Origin: Sphaerochaetaceae bacterium | Lineage (GTDB): Bacteria > Spirochaetota > Spirochaetia > Sphaerochaetales > Sphaerochaetaceae | Direction: 5' to 3' | DNA: 64,000 nt | NCBI GenBank assembly: GCA_041655255.1 | Contig: JBBAFS010000002.1 | Coordinates: forward strand, 718 to 64,717 | In this document: positions 47,317 to 59,256 of the stretch, in pieces | Layout: the number at the start of each line of letters is the position of its first letter | How positions within the stretch are numbered: the stretch's first letter is position 1 | The notes under the pieces: generated by a model | Database searches by the model: none | What the model saw: the letters and a program-made list of their open reading frames with translations, nothing else | Told to the model about the DNA's origin: nothing | Translations under genes and position numbers: made by a program

Positions 47317-48684
47317 ATGGTAAAACAGAGTTACGATACCGATGATACGATCTTTGCTTTGGCAACAGGTTCTTTAACCTCTCCCTTAGCAGTTATTCGA
47401 ATCTCGGGGAATCAAACAATAGAGTTATTAGCACATCTGTTCTCTCGACCGAAAGCCCTTTTAGAGGGTAAAAGTCATACTCTTGTCCACGGCTTTATCG
47501 TAGACCCCACCAGCGGTGAGCGTGTTGATGAGGTTCTAATTTCCCTGTTTAAAGATGGGCGTGGGTATACAGGAGAAGAGAGTGTTGAAATAAGTTGTCA
47601 TGGAAGTCAAATTGCTATTTCTTCCATATTCGCACTATTAAAGCGTTCTGGTTTTCGAGAGGCGAGTGCAGGGGAGTTTACATATCGTGCCTTTATGAAT
47701 GGGAGAATGGATCTTACCCAAGCTGAAGCAGTACATGAAATCATTAGCTCTCAATCTTCAAAAGCTCATCACTTAGCGCTTAATCGTTTACAAGGCTCAT
47801 TGTATGATTTGATTGAATCGATCAAAATACGGGTTTTAAGTGTCTTAGGAGAAGTTGAGATCCAACTCGATTATGCTGAAGATGACATTATCGACGATGT
47901 TCATTTCCCACAATCAGAAGTTGAGGCGATAGTTGAACAACTCTCAGCTTTAATTGCTACGTACTCGGTGGGAAGACTCTACTCAGATGGAGCCGTAGTT
48001 GTCTTAGCTGGAGCGACGAATGTAGGAAAATCGACTCTCTTTAATCTCTTACTGAAACAAGAGAGATCTATTGTCACCGATATTCATGGAACCACTCGTG
48101 ATTTCATCGAATCAAAAGGGGAGATTGAGGGTATTCCTATCACCTTTTATGATACAGCGGGCTTACGCTTAAGTGACGATGTTGTCGAACAAGAGGGGAT
48201 TAAGCGGACTTATCAATTACTTGATCGAGCCGATGTGATTGTATTGTTATTTGATGGAAGTGTTCACGATGAGACTACACTTAAAGAGTATCACCAGTTT
48301 TTGGATGATAAGCGGGTTATTGTTGTGACCAATAAAAGTGATATTGCAACAAAAGAGCCCATTAAAGGGAGTATTGTCTTAAGTGCGAAAAAGGGGGAGG
48401 GGTTTATTCAACTTCAAAAGGCGATGATTAAGCGTCTTACTTCCCATCTCCCCACTTACGATGAAGGGGCCCTCATTATTGAGTCTCAGCGGCAAAAAGA
48501 GGAACTTGAACGTGCTCAAGAGGCACTTAAACAAGCACTGTATCTTCACAAAGAGAATTTTGCCTTAGATGCTGTGGCTGTTGAGTTACAAGAAGCTCTT
48601 CATGCACTAGGAGCACTCACCGGGGAGGTCTCCTCTGTTGAGATGCTCACTCATATGTTTAGTCAATTTTGTGTAGGTAAATAA
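47317..48684 (+). CDS. mnmE: tRNA modification GTPase MnmE
   Basis: DTIFALAT N-terminus, G-domain GATNVGKST / DTAG / NKSD, C-terminal FCVGK tetrapeptide. I prefer the start at Met10. Confidence 0.95.
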   Translation: MVKQSYDTDDTIFALATGSLTSPLAVIRISGNQTIELLAHLFSRPKALLEGKSHTLVHGFIVDPTSGERVDEVLISLFKDGRGYTGEESVEISCHGSQIAISSIFALLKRSGFREASAGEFTYRAFMNGRMDLTQAEAVHEIISSQSSKAHHLALNRLQGSLYDLIESIKIRVLSVLGEVEIQLDYAEDDIIDDVHFPQSEVEAIVEQLSALIATYSVGRLYSDGAVVVLAGATNVGKSTLFNLLLKQERSIVTDIHGTTRDFIESKGEIEGIPITFYDTAGLRLSDDVVEQEGIKRTYQLLDRADVIVLLFDGSVHDETTLKEYHQFLDDKRVIVVTNKSDIATKEPIKGSIVLSAKKGEGFIQLQKAMIKRLTSHLPTYDEGALIIESQRQKEELERAQEALKQALYLHKENFALDAVAVELQEALHALGALTGEVSSVEMLTHMFSQFCVGK

Positions 48685-48685
48685 G

Positions 48686-50503
48686 ATGGATTATCAAGCG
48701 ATAGTGATAGGAGGAGGGCATGCAGGAATTGAAGCTGCATTAGCTCTCTCACGATTGGGGGCAAACACCCTCATGATTACTCAAAACCTCGACGCTATTG
48801 GGCGTCTGTCATGCAACCCAGCTGTTGGTGGATTAGCTAAAGGGAACATGGTGCGTGAAATTGATGCTCTTGGGGGAGAGATGGCAAACATCATCGACTC
48901 TTCTATGATTCAATTTAGAATGTTAAATCGAAGCCGTGGCCCTGCTGTTCAAGCCCCCCGAGCTCAAGCAGATAAATATATCTACCACCTCAGAGCAAAA
49001 GAGACTCTCGAGTTACAAAAGAACCTCTCTTTGTATCAAGACACCGTAATCGATATCTTACTGAACAAACAACAAGATACAATTGTAGGAGTCGTTACTG
49101 AGCGGGGACATAAGATCTCTTCAAACGTAGTTGTCCTTACCACAGGGACATTCATGGAGGGGAAGATTTTTATTGGAACGTGGGAATCGAGTAGTGGTCG
49201 CTTAGGTGAACCTGCTGCCATCGGCTTAGGGACAGCATTACGATCTAAAGGTTTCACTCTTGGAAGAATGAAAACAGGAACTCCCGCTCGTGTTGATAAA
49301 TCTACATTGGATTTAGATGCGATGGAAAAACAAGAGGGTGAAGAGATTATGATGAGTTTCTCTTTTAAAAATGAAGAGATTGATCATCCACATCTACCGT
49401 GTTACATCACTTATACTAATGAAAAAACTCACTCAATTATTCAAAACAATATTCATCTCTCTGCGATGTATAGTGGTCAAATTAGTAGTAAAGGACCTCG
49501 ATATTGTCCCTCAATTGAAGATAAGGTTGTCCGATTCACCGACCGAGGACGTCACCAAGTCTTTGTTGAACCTGAAGGACTAGAGACCCAAGAGATGTAT
49601 CTCAACGGTTTAAGTACCTCTTTTCCTGAAGATGTACAACTTGAGATGATTCACTCAATTAAAGGTCTTGAAAAGGCACAGATGATGCGCCCTGCCTATG
49701 CAGTTGAGTACGACTATATCGATCCACTACAACTAAGACCTTCGTTAGAGACAAAAAAGGTGAACAACCTTTTTGTAGCTGGTCAAACAAATGGGACTAG
49801 TGGATACGAAGAGGCAGCTGCTCAAGGGCTCTTAGCAGGGATTAATGCAGCTCAAAAGTTGTTTAACGAAAAACCCTTTATGTTACATAGAAGTGAGTCG
49901 TACATAGGTGTTCTTATCGATGATTTAGTGACCAAAGGGACTAAAGAGCCGTATCGGATGTTTACCAGTCGTGCTGAGTATCGTTTAAATATGCGTCACG
50001 ATAGTGCTGATCAACGTCTCACACCCAAAGGGTATGCTCTTGGGCTCCAAACTCAAGAAGCGATGAATCGCCTTGAAAGTAAACTTCATGACATTGATTT
50101 AGTAAAAACGCTCTTAAAACAACACTCATCTGGTGGTAAAAAAGCATATGAAGCTCTTAAGATGCCCTCTGTTTCAATGGAGGCTCTTACAAAGGAGATT
50201 CCTGAGTTAGAAAACTATCCTTTGTACATTCGTCACCAAGTAGAGTTAGATGTGAAATATGATGGGTATATCAAACGGCAAATGAGACAAGTCGATCGAT
50301 TTTTAAAAATGGAGCGATTAGCGATTCCCTCTACGTTTGATTATAACAAAGTGGATGGATTGTCTACTGAGGGGCGAGAACTCCTTCTTTCGGTACTTCC
50401 TGCCAGTGTAGGACAAGCACAAAGAATTAGTGGAGTACGCTCTAGTGATATCGCTTTAGTGATGATAGCTCTCAATAAGAGAGGAAAGACTCGCCATGGA
50501 TGA
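48686..50503 (+). CDS. mnmG: tRNA uridine 5-carboxymethylaminomethyl modification enzyme MnmG (GidA)
   Basis: FAD motif [12 protein letters not shown]. 605 aa, conserved GidA core. Confidence 0.95.
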   Translation: MDYQAIVIGGGHAGIEAALALSRLGANTLMITQNLDAIGRLSCNPAVGGLAKGNMVREIDALGGEMANIIDSSMIQFRMLNRSRGPAVQAPRAQADKYIYHLRAKETLELQKNLSLYQDTVIDILLNKQQDTIVGVVTERGHKISSNVVVLTTGTFMEGKIFIGTWESSSGRLGEPAAIGLGTALRSKGFTLGRMKTGTPARVDKSTLDLDAMEKQEGEEIMMSFSFKNEEIDHPHLPCYITYTNEKTHSIIQNNIHLSAMYSGQISSKGPRYCPSIEDKVVRFTDRGRHQVFVEPEGLETQEMYLNGLSTSFPEDVQLEMIHSIKGLEKAQMMRPAYAVEYDYIDPLQLRPSLETKKVNNLFVAGQTNGTSGYEEAAAQGLLAGINAAQKLFNEKPFMLHRSESYIGVLIDDLVTKGTKEPYRMFTSRAEYRLNMRHDSADQRLTPKGYALGLQTQEAMNRLESKLHDIDLVKTLLKQHSSGGKKAYEALKMPSVSMEALTKEIPELENYPLYIRHQVELDVKYDGYIKRQMRQVDRFLKMERLAIPSTFDYNKVDGLSTEGRELLLSVLPASVGQAQRISGVRSSDIALVMIALNKRGKTRHG

Positions 50504-51167
50504 TATCGATTTGCTGTTACAAGGGTGTGAGCAACTCTCTCTCTCCCTTAATGATACTCAAGTACAACAACTAACATCGTACATTGAAGAGATCTCTTTA
50601 TTTAACGAAACGTATAAACTTGTGGCAGCTACCAAAAGAGAATTTGTTATAAAACACCTACTTGATTCACTTGTGGCAGCAACACACATACGAACACTTT
50701 TAGGAGAGAATAAGAGTTTAGCAGATCTAGGTTCAGGAGGGGGCTTACCTGGGATTCCGTTAGCCATTGTATTAGAAGATGTACATGTTACACTGATAGA
50801 GCGATCATCTAAGAGGGTCGACTTTTTACACAACGCCATTGCAATGTGTAACCTCACCGACCGCGTAGTGGTTCATAATAAGGACCTCTTTCATATTGAT
50901 GAAGCATTTGATGTAGTCACCTTCAGAGCTTTGAGTCCTTTCATTGAACTGTATAAAGCTTTTGACTCACTTGTGAAACCTGGGGGAGTGATTTGTGCTT
51001 ATAAAGGGCTCAAAGAGAGTGCAGAGCGCGAAGTTGAAGAGTTGAGGAACAAAGAGAGGCTATTTGATACGATGTGGTCTGTTACATATGAACATATGAG
51101 AGTCCCTTTTTTAGAGGGGGAAAGAACGTTAGTGGTGTTACACAAACAAAGGAGAGAAGGCCAATGA
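50496..51167 (+). CDS. rsmG: 16S rRNA (guanine527-N7)-methyltransferase RsmG (GidB)
   Basis: [18 protein letters not shown] motif. Position after mnmG. Confidence 0.9.
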   Translation: MDDIDLLLQGCEQLSLSLNDTQVQQLTSYIEEISLFNETYKLVAATKREFVIKHLLDSLVAATHIRTLLGENKSLADLGSGGGLPGIPLAIVLEDVHVTLIERSSKRVDFLHNAIAMCNLTDRVVVHNKDLFHIDEAFDVVTFRALSPFIELYKAFDSLVKPGGVICAYKGLKESAEREVEELRNKERLFDTMWSVTYEHMRVPFLEGERTLVVLHKQRREGQ

Positions 51168-51961
51168 TGAGTCTATTTGAAGCTATCGTATTGGGAGTGA
51201 TTCAAGGGGTTACTGAATTTTTACCTGTATCAAGTAGTGCCCATTTACTGTTGTTCCGCTCCTGGTTCTCTATAGGAGACGTTCCTCTCTTATTTGATAT
51301 CTACTTACATCTTGCTACGATAGCGGTCATTGTTTTTACCTTTAGAAAAAGGATTCTTTCTTTATTAGGTTCTTTGTTACGTCTTTTTAGTGCCCCTATT
51401 AAGGAACAAGATAAAGAGAACTTAATGATGATTCTCTCTTTATTGTTAGCAACTGTGATGACGGTGATTGTGGTATTCATTCTCCGCTACTTCGATCTTG
51501 AAGTGAGAAATGTGAAACACGCCAGTGCTTTATTATTAGTCAGTGCCCTCATTGTAGGATCGATGAAGTGGGCCCCTTCTCGTCACAGTGGTGTCTATTT
51601 AAAAAACTCAGCACTCATTGGTGTGGCTCAAGGTCTAGGAAGTCTTACCGGAATTAGTCGCTTAGGGATTACCGTCAGTAGTGCCCGCCATCTTGGAATC
51701 AAAGAGAGTGAGGCTGCTGAGTTTTCGTTGTTACTCTCTGTGATTGCTGTCGTAGGAGCATTAGTTCTTACATTAAGTGACTCTTCTAGTCAAAGCATGC
51801 AGGTAGGAACTGCTTCTATTGTAGCGGGGATGGTGAGTGCTTTTATTGTTGGACTGGGGGTGATTCAACTCTTTATCCGACTTGTAAAGAGTAAAAAACT
51901 CTATCTGTTTAGTTTTTACTTGTTCGTAATTGGGTTGTTGGGAGTGTTCACTACCGTATAA
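51164..51961 (+). CDS. uppP: Undecaprenyl-diphosphate phosphatase
   Basis: GVTEFLPVSSSAHL signature, 8 TM, 265 aa. Confidence 0.9.
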   Translation: MMSLFEAIVLGVIQGVTEFLPVSSSAHLLLFRSWFSIGDVPLLFDIYLHLATIAVIVFTFRKRILSLLGSLLRLFSAPIKEQDKENLMMILSLLLATVMTVIVVFILRYFDLEVRNVKHASALLLVSALIVGSMKWAPSRHSGVYLKNSALIGVAQGLGSLTGISRLGITVSSARHLGIKESEAAEFSLLLSVIAVVGALVLTLSDSSSQSMQVGTASIVAGMVSAFIVGLGVIQLFIRLVKSKKLYLFSFYLFVIGLLGVFTTV

Positions 51962-51987
51962 GATAGAAGATGTAAGAGGGTGTACGA

Positions 51988-54441
51988 TTGAAAAAAGTAT
52001 CGCTGTTTTTTAGTATTGTGTCTCTAGTTTTAGCTGTTGTGGCTCTGTTGCCAATCTTTGTCCCCGAAGATATCTACCACATGATCCCTCTTACTGGAGA
52101 ATTAGATCACCTATTAGCTCTAGTACATAACGCTGTTATCCCTTATGGAGCGGGTGAGTTTATCCAATTATACCTCATCTCTATCTACCTTGGTGTTGTG
52201 GCACTTTTTTTTGTACTTGTACGATCTCACTTTTTCTACTGGTGGATTGCCCCTTACAGTGCTTTAATCTATTACTCACTATTTTTAATCTTTCAACTGA
52301 TTGGCGGATACAACGAACCAAAAAGGTTCTTAGATCGCTTAGTTGACCAACCTGTGGTTGGCCTTATTTTTATTGGCTTATTGATTCTCATTGAGTTACT
52401 GATAGGGACTCTCTTATTAATTGGTTCAATGAAGATCCAACGTTCTATACAGAGAAAAAGGAGTCAACGAGAGTTAGAGAATAAACGAGTTACTCCAAAA
52501 GTTGTCACAAAAAGAGAGAAAAAACGGTTAGAGAAAAAAGAGGCACAAAAGACTAAAAAAGAGAAGAGTTCCAACACACACAAAAAGAGAGATAAAGAGG
52601 TTACTGATCCAGTTGACATACCATCTACTACTACTTCTACTGAAGTCTCGTTTCCAGAAGTCAAAGAGACCCCCATATTTAAAACATTTGGCTCTCCTGT
52701 AGAACAAGAGAAGGAAGTTGTTATTGAGCCTGTACAAGAGAGTAAAGCATTTCATTTATCGGCCTCTTTAAGAGAGAGATTACAAAAAGAGCGTCAAGCA
52801 GACACCTTTGTCGTCCCCTCTTCTATTCCTCAAGTAAATGTTCCACACGTTAGTTCTCCCTCTGTAGTTCCACCAACTTCTGATACTACCACTGAAGTTG
52901 AGCCACCTGCACCTGTAGCGGTACCACCAAAAGTAGAGGAAATTCAAATCACTCAAGAGGATGATGATGTCGATAGTGTTAGCGGTGTAGGAGGCTTAGT
53001 CTCTTCTGCACTTCTAAGTAGACATAAAACTCGTTATAACAATCCTCCTGAAGAGTTGTTAGATACCTACCCTGATCACTCAACGGCTGTTGATGAATCG
53101 GTAAGAGCATCAGGGGAAGATCTCATTAACACCCTTAAGCAATTTAAAATTGAGGCAACACTCTTAAATATTGTCAAAGGTCCCACTGTGACTATGTTTG
53201 AAGTCTCTCCCGCCCCTGGGGTGAGAGTGAGTTCAATTATTGGTCTTTCAGATAACATCGCATTACAGCTTGCTGCAAAACAGGTGAGAATTGTCGCCCC
53301 TATTCCAGGTAAGCAAGCTGTAGGAATAGAGGTGCCTAACAAAAATCGCTCAATCATTGGATTTAAAGATCTCCTTTCTACAGTCGATTCAAAACAATAC
53401 AACATCCCAATGATTCTAGGACGAAAGATTACTGGAGAGCCTGAAGTTATTGAACTAACCCAAACTCCCCACCTCCTGATTGCAGGAGCCACCGGTAGTG
53501 GTAAGTCTGTGTGTGTGAATTCACTTATTAGTACGATTTTGTATCGTCGATCTCCCAAAGAGGTCCGTCTCATTTTAGTTGACCCTAAGATTGTTGAACT
53601 GAGAGTGTATAACGGCATTCCTCACCTGTTAACTCCAGTAATTACCGAACCAAAAAAGACCATTAAAGCACTTGAGTTTTGTTTGTATGAGATGGAGAGG
53701 CGTTACAAACTCCTTAATGGGTTAGCTGTTCGTAACATCAGCGCATACAATAAGAAAGTGAAAGAGTTAAAACTTGCTCGAGAACAACTTCCTTATATCG
53801 TGGTGATTATCGACGAGTTTGCCGATTTAATGACCACGGTAGGAAAAGAACTCGAAACGTTATTAGCTCGCTTAGCTGCGATGGCTCGAGCTATTGGAAT
53901 TCACTTAGTGTTAGCCACCCAGCGCCCTTCGGCCAATGTTATTACAGGAATTATTAAGTCAAATATTCCAACAAGAATTGCATTTATGGTTGCCAGCCAA
54001 GTCGATAGTCGAATTATTATTGATGAAGTTGGAGCTGAAAAACTTCTAGGGCGAGGAGATATGCTGTTTGCCAGTGGGTGGGATCCTAATTCGATTCGGA
54101 TTCAGGGGGCATTTTTAAGTGATGAAGAAGTTGAACGTATTGTCGAATATGCTAAAACACAAGGTGAACCTGATTATCTTGATGAGGGATTTTTCGAAGA
54201 TGATGAGGTTGAAGACGACGACCTAGATACAAATGATGGTGATGATAGTGATGATGTGTTGTATGAAAAAGCAAAAAAGATCGTCACTGAGCGACAAAGT
54301 GCGTCGGCTTCCTATCTTCAAAGACGATTAAAAATAGGGTATAACCGAGCTGCTCGACTCGTTGAGCAGATGGAAGAAGAGGGGATTGTTGGTCCAGCTC
54401 GAGGCAGTAAGCCACGAGAGTTACTCCGCTATCCAGATTAA
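51988..54441 (+). CDS. ftsK: DNA translocase FtsK/SpoIIIE
   Basis: N-terminal TM domain, Lys-rich and Pro/Ser/Thr/Val-rich linker, motor domain AGATGSGKSV / VVIIDEFADL, C-terminal wHTH gamma domain (SASYLQRRLKIGYNRAARL). Confidence 0.93.
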   Translation: MKKVSLFFSIVSLVLAVVALLPIFVPEDIYHMIPLTGELDHLLALVHNAVIPYGAGEFIQLYLISIYLGVVALFFVLVRSHFFYWWIAPYSALIYYSLFLIFQLIGGYNEPKRFLDRLVDQPVVGLIFIGLLILIELLIGTLLLIGSMKIQRSIQRKRSQRELENKRVTPKVVTKREKKRLEKKEAQKTKKEKSSNTHKKRDKEVTDPVDIPSTTTSTEVSFPEVKETPIFKTFGSPVEQEKEVVIEPVQESKAFHLSASLRERLQKERQADTFVVPSSIPQVNVPHVSSPSVVPPTSDTTTEVEPPAPVAVPPKVEEIQITQEDDDVDSVSGVGGLVSSALLSRHKTRYNNPPEELLDTYPDHSTAVDESVRASGEDLINTLKQFKIEATLLNIVKGPTVTMFEVSPAPGVRVSSIIGLSDNIALQLAAKQVRIVAPIPGKQAVGIEVPNKNRSIIGFKDLLSTVDSKQYNIPMILGRKITGEPEVIELTQTPHLLIAGATGSGKSVCVNSLISTILYRRSPKEVRLILVDPKIVELRVYNGIPHLLTPVITEPKKTIKALEFCLYEMERRYKLLNGLAVRNISAYNKKVKELKLAREQLPYIVVIIDEFADLMTTVGKELETLLARLAAMARAIGIHLVLATQRPSANVITGIIKSNIPTRIAFMVASQVDSRIIIDEVGAEKLLGRGDMLFASGWDPNSIRIQGAFLSDEEVERIVEYAKTQGEPDYLDEGFFEDDEVEDDDLDTNDGDDSDDVLYEKAKKIVTERQSASASYLQRRLKIGYNRAARLVEQMEEEGIVGPARGSKPRELLRYPD

Positions 54442-54455
54442 AGGAGAGCTCTATC

Positions 54456-55271
54456 ATGATTAAACACGCAATAGTAAATGGTCATCTCGTTGCTGCACAC
54501 GAAGCATCCCTCCCTATTAGTGATCGTGAGATGCAGTATGGCTTTGGAGTGTATGAGTCACTGAGGGTAATCCAAGGGAAGATTGTCTATCCTCATCAAC
54601 ACATTGAGCGCCTCTTTTTCTCAGCAGCTGGAATTGGGCTACGCCATCACTACACTCATGACGATGTACTGTTGTGGATGAGACAGCTCCTCGAAAAAGA
54701 TTCACTTCAAGAGGCAACTCTTCGTATTGTGATGCTTGGTGGAATGGAAGAGCGACTGTTTATCACCGCCTTAGCACCAACAATCTACCCCGAAAGTTTT
54801 TACACCCAAGGGGTGAAAGCAATTAGCTATCACGGAGAGAGGTTTTTACCTCGTTATAAAACATGTGCTTTATTGATGAACTACCTTGCTCTCAGAGAGG
54901 CAGGCTCTCATGGAGCTTTTGAATCTCTTTTAGTAAATAGTTATGGTGAAGTTATCGAAGGGACACGAAGTAATATCTTCGCTTGTGAAGAGAATCGCCT
55001 CTATACAGCTCCATCAGAGTTGGTTTTAGAGGGAGTGACTCGACACAAGGTCATCGAAGCTGCCCAGCAGTTGGGCTATAGTGTTATCTATGAGAGTCCT
55101 AAACTGAAAGATCTCCACCGTGGGAGATATAGTGAGTTATTTATCTCCTCCACGAGTATGGGGGCTATGCCCATAAGTAGCTTTGATGGGCGAATCTTCT
55201 CATCTCCATTTGAGATTACTTCTCACATCCACCACCTGATTCGTCAGTGGGAAGAGGATAGACTACACTAA
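54456..55271 (+). CDS. Class IV aminotransferase (D-amino-acid / branched-chain aminotransferase or aminodeoxychorismate-lyase family)
   Basis: 271 aa, fold-type IV pattern (ERL..SA..., EGTRSNIF, LEGVTR). Confidence 0.75.
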   Translation: MIKHAIVNGHLVAAHEASLPISDREMQYGFGVYESLRVIQGKIVYPHQHIERLFFSAAGIGLRHHYTHDDVLLWMRQLLEKDSLQEATLRIVMLGGMEERLFITALAPTIYPESFYTQGVKAISYHGERFLPRYKTCALLMNYLALREAGSHGAFESLLVNSYGEVIEGTRSNIFACEENRLYTAPSELVLEGVTRHKVIEAAQQLGYSVIYESPKLKDLHRGRYSELFISSTSMGAMPISSFDGRIFSSPFEITSHIHHLIRQWEEDRLH

Positions 55272-55298
55272 AAATAGCAATTCTAGTATAGTTCGTAT

Positions 55299-56798
55299 AT
55301 GAAATGTACAGAATTACCCCTACACGCCGATCTTCTTAAAGGCTTAGATGCCGCTGGCTTTAAAACATGCATGCCAGTACAACAAAAAGTGCTTCCTACA
55401 ACGCTAGAACGCAAAGATGTCATGGTCCAATCAAAAACGGGATCAGGGAAGACGGCTGTCTTTCTTATCACCTTATTACAACACTATCTCTCTAAGAAAC
55501 AACGTGATAACTCCTTTGGCTTAGTGATAGCTCCCACTCGTGAATTAGCAGTTCAAATAGAACAAGATGCTCGTCTTCTCTCTCAGTTTATCCCCTCATA
55601 TAGAATTGGATGTTTTTACGGAGGAGTTGGGTATGCAAAACAAGATGCCCTTTTAGAGAAGGGGCTCGATGTGATGATTGCTACCCCAGGGAGAATCTTA
55701 GATTACCAGCGAATGGGCAAAATAAACTTTAAACACATCGATACTTTTGTGATTGATGAAGCCGACCGCCTCTTCGATTTAGGTTTTTTTCCCGATATTC
55801 AAAAAATGTTTTCAATGATGGGAAGTAGCAAAAAAAGGCAAACAATGCTCTTTAGTGCCACCTTAAGTACCAAAGTACGTACCTTAGCGTGGCAGTATAT
55901 GAATGAGCCAGTTGAGTTTGAAGTTCAACCTGAAGAGGTGACAGTTAAGGCAGTTGACCAAGAGTTGTACCATGTCGCTAAAAGTGATAAGTTCCACCTC
56001 TTTCTTCGACTGATGAACCACTACCACCCAAAAAACGCCCTTGTGTTTACCAACACCAAGGCGATGGCTATTGAGTTAAGTAAACGATTGAATCTCAATG
56101 GATATAAGACTCAATATTTAATGGGAGATCTTCCACAGCAAAAAAGATTGAGTATTATTAACCGGATGAAAAGTGGATCGTTAAAATTCCTCATAGCAAC
56201 CGATGTTGCTGCTCGAGGATTGCAGATTGATGATTTAGAGTTAGTGGTGAATTACGACCTACCTGAAGATTATGAGAGTTATGTTCACCGTATTGGACGT
56301 ACAGCACGGGCAGGAAAAAGTGGTAAAGCTGTTTCACTAGCTTGTGAACAATACGTGTATAGCTTAGAAGCCATTGAAGAGTTTATTAAAATGAGTATTC
56401 CCGTGGTGTGGGTAGATGACGATGTAGTCAAAGATGTAGAAGATAAAAGTGAACACATTAGTTTTAGAAATCTTCTTAACGATGCCGAGTATCGTCAAAT
56501 CTTCCCCTCTCGCAAGCGCGAGCGAACACCTCAAAAACCTCGACCCAAGAGATCAAAAGCATTAGGCATTGATCGTAAGAGGGTCGCTAAAGTAAGTTCT
56601 CAACAAAAAAAGCGTTACTCAGATATCCAACATATGGATTTAGATCAACGAATGGCTTTGTATAAACAAGAGTATAGTGGTGCTATTGAACCAAAAAAGA
56701 AAGTGGTTTTACCCGAGACAAAAGTCAAACCCAAAAAGAAAAAAAGAAAGAAAGGAATATTTACTCAGTTCTTAGGCAAAGGGAAAAAGGATGCTTAA
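55299..56798 (+). CDS. DEAD-box ATP-dependent RNA helicase with basic C-terminal tail
   Basis: Q-motif region, SKTGSGKT, DEAD (VIDEADRL), SAT, HRIGRTARAG, Lys/Arg-rich C-terminus. Confidence 0.93.
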   Translation: MKCTELPLHADLLKGLDAAGFKTCMPVQQKVLPTTLERKDVMVQSKTGSGKTAVFLITLLQHYLSKKQRDNSFGLVIAPTRELAVQIEQDARLLSQFIPSYRIGCFYGGVGYAKQDALLEKGLDVMIATPGRILDYQRMGKINFKHIDTFVIDEADRLFDLGFFPDIQKMFSMMGSSKKRQTMLFSATLSTKVRTLAWQYMNEPVEFEVQPEEVTVKAVDQELYHVAKSDKFHLFLRLMNHYHPKNALVFTNTKAMAIELSKRLNLNGYKTQYLMGDLPQQKRLSIINRMKSGSLKFLIATDVAARGLQIDDLELVVNYDLPEDYESYVHRIGRTARAGKSGKAVSLACEQYVYSLEAIEEFIKMSIPVVWVDDDVVKDVEDKSEHISFRNLLNDAEYRQIFPSRKRERTPQKPRPKRSKALGIDRKRVAKVSSQQKKRYSDIQHMDLDQRMALYKQEYSGAIEPKKKVVLPETKVKPKKKKRKKGIFTQFLGKGKKDA

Positions 56799-58509
56799 AC
56801 GATTTATTTCATACTACACACCATATAAAAAACTTTTTATCCTCGATATGAGTGCAGCGGTTATTGGCTCACTATTAGCCATCATCTTCCCTCAGCTTAC
56901 CCGTGAGTTACTACGAACCTACATCCCCAATCATGATTGGCGCATGATGATTATGATCTTTGTGGTGATGTTAGCTATCTATATTATCCAAACCTTTACC
57001 ACGTACATTCGAGTACGATGGGGGCATCACTTGGGAGTGTTGATGGAGAGTGATATGCGTCAAGATCTCTTTAACCACCTCCAACGACTCAGTTTTGGCT
57101 ATTTTGATGAGACTAAAACAGGACACTTAATGAGTCGTTTAACAAATGACTTATTTATGATTACTGAAACAGCTCACCATGGACCTGAGGATTTACTGAT
57201 CTCTGCTGTGGTGATTATTGGAGCGTATACGGTGATGTTCTCCAATAATGTCTATTTAGCAGCGGTGAGTTTAATCCCTCTTCCGTTCATGCTCTTTTAT
57301 GGGATGCGTTTTGGCAAACGGCTTAAAGCTGGCTTTAGAGCAGTGAGATCGACAGTAGCCGATGTGAACTCGATGGTAGAAAACTCAATTCAAGGGGTGA
57401 GAGAGATTCAATCATTTACCAGCGAAAGTTATGAGAAACAAAAATTCAAACAGGTAAATACCATCTTTAAAGATGCACGGTCGAATCAATACAAAGTGAT
57501 GGCTCGTTATGAATCGACAATGATCTTATTGAGAGAACTCTATTACTTCACTACCGTAGCCGGGGGTGCGATCCTGATTTATAAAGGCCTTGTGCCAGTG
57601 TACGACTTAGTCGCCTTTATTTTATATGTTGGAGTTGTACTACCCCCCATTGATCGTCTCATTAATTTTATGGAACAACTGCAACAGGGAATGACTGCAT
57701 TTGAACGATTTATTGAAGTGATGGATATTGAAAGTGATATTGAAGATACCGAAGGAGCTACACCTTTAGAGATTACCAATGGTTCAGTTCAATTTAACCA
57801 TGTACGGTTCAAATACCGCACTTCAACTGAAGATGTGTTAGCCGATCTCAACTTTGAAATTAGAGGTGGAAGTACTGTTGCTATTGTTGGAGAGTCGGGA
57901 GCTGGAAAAAGCACCCTCGTGTCTCTCATTCCTCGATTTTATGAACCGATTGAAGGGAAAGTGTGTATCGATAATCAACCGGTTGAGGATGTACAAAAAA
58001 AGTCACTACGCCAAAATATCGGCTTTGTTCAACAAAACGTCTTCTTATTTGATGGAACCATCCGTGAAAACCTTAAATATGGTAAAAGTGATGCCACCGA
58101 TGAACAGATGCTCGATGCTTTAGAGAAGGCAAACTTAGGAGCTTTTATCCGCTCACTTCCTGATGGGCTAGACACCGAAGTAGGAGAGAGAGGAACACGC
58201 CTATCTGGGGGTCAAAAACAACGTATTAGTATTGCTCGAGTCTTTTTAAAAAATCCTCCATTATTAATCTTTGATGAAGCGACAAGTTCACTAGATAGTG
58301 AATCAGAAGCGCAAATTCAAGAAGCATTTGGGCGTTTGGCAACAGGAAGAACTGCCATTGTGATAGCTCACCGCCTCACTACGGTCCAAGGGGCTGACAC
58401 CATCTTTGTGTTAGAGAACGGTCGTATTGTTGAACAAGGTAAGCACGAAGAACTTATTGCACTAGGTGGTGCATACAGTCGTCTTTATTACAACCACGCA
58501 TTGAAATAA
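56791..58509 (+). CDS. ABC exporter, fused TMD-NBD (MsbA/MdlB-like)
   Basis: Six N-terminal TMs, [28 protein letters not shown]. Confidence 0.9.
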   Translation: MLKRFISYYTPYKKLFILDMSAAVIGSLLAIIFPQLTRELLRTYIPNHDWRMMIMIFVVMLAIYIIQTFTTYIRVRWGHHLGVLMESDMRQDLFNHLQRLSFGYFDETKTGHLMSRLTNDLFMITETAHHGPEDLLISAVVIIGAYTVMFSNNVYLAAVSLIPLPFMLFYGMRFGKRLKAGFRAVRSTVADVNSMVENSIQGVREIQSFTSESYEKQKFKQVNTIFKDARSNQYKVMARYESTMILLRELYYFTTVAGGAILIYKGLVPVYDLVAFILYVGVVLPPIDRLINFMEQLQQGMTAFERFIEVMDIESDIEDTEGATPLEITNGSVQFNHVRFKYRTSTEDVLADLNFEIRGGSTVAIVGESGAGKSTLVSLIPRFYEPIEGKVCIDNQPVEDVQKKSLRQNIGFVQQNVFLFDGTIRENLKYGKSDATDEQMLDALEKANLGAFIRSLPDGLDTEVGERGTRLSGGQKQRISIARVFLKNPPLLIFDEATSSLDSESEAQIQEAFGRLATGRTAIVIAHRLTTVQGADTIFVLENGRIVEQGKHEELIALGGAYSRLYYNHALK

Positions 58510-58521
58510 GGAGATGATGCT

Positions 58522-59256
58522 ATGATAAAGATACAAATCGCTTTAGCGTTAATAATCGTTGCACTTACGTTTGTCCTCTCAATCGTAGTGGCAATGATAC
58601 CTGCGTTCATCCTCCGCATCTTTGGAGCACATAAAGCTGCCGATAAGTGGATGCGTTATAACGGAACTAATATTGCAAAGATTATCATGTTTGTCTTACA
58701 TACTGATGTGACTGTCATCGGTAAAGAGCTCATTCCCGAAGAGGGGGCCCCTTTGTGTTTTATCGCAAACCACCAAAGTATGCTCGACATTCCTATAGTC
58801 TTAGCAAAATTAGGAATATGGGTCGGCTTTATTGCTAAAAGTGAATTGAAGAAAGTCCCTATTTTGAATGTGTGGATTCGAGCTATGAATTGTGTCTATA
58901 TCGATCGTAAAAGCCCCCGCTCCTCTATTGAAGCCATTTTACAAGGGGTGAAACAGATTCAACAGGGGACTGCTATGTTTATCTTCCCTGAAGGGACTCG
59001 AAGTAAAACAGGTGCTTTAGGTACGTTTAAAACTGGGAGTTTAAAATTAGCTACCAGGGCTAAAGCAATTATTGTCCCCATTACGATTGATGGAACTCGA
59101 GATGCATTTGAGCATAGAACCAGTGTGAGAAAAACCCCTATTCGCCTTAGCGTCAGTGAACCTATCGACACAGCCACTATGAGTGAAGAACAACTCAAAG
59201 ATCTCCCCGAGGTAGTATTCGGTCAGATTCAACAACACTACCAAATTGAAGGTTAA
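58522..59256 (+). CDS. plsC: 1-acyl-sn-glycerol-3-phosphate acyltransferase
   Basis: NHQSMLD (HX4D) and FPEGTRS motifs. Confidence 0.88.
   Translation: MIKIQIALALIIVALTFVLSIVVAMIPAFILRIFGAHKAADKWMRYNGTNIAKIIMFVLHTDVTVIGKELIPEEGAPLCFIANHQSMLDIPIVLAKLGIWVGFIAKSELKKVPILNVWIRAMNCVYIDRKSPRSSIEAILQGVKQIQQGTAMFIFPEGTRSKTGALGTFKTGSLKLATRAKAIIVPITIDGTRDAFEHRTSVRKTPIRLSVSEPIDTATMSEEQLKDLPEVVFGQIQQHYQIEG

Noticed and set aside
53076-53618. 180-aa minus-strand ORF inside ftsK, and similar antisense ORFs (32169-32600 in nadE, 10838-11412 in the EBP gene, 7178-7465, 8555-8809, 50558-50857)
   Set aside because: All lie opposite strongly motif-supported housekeeping genes. They are typical shadow ORFs.
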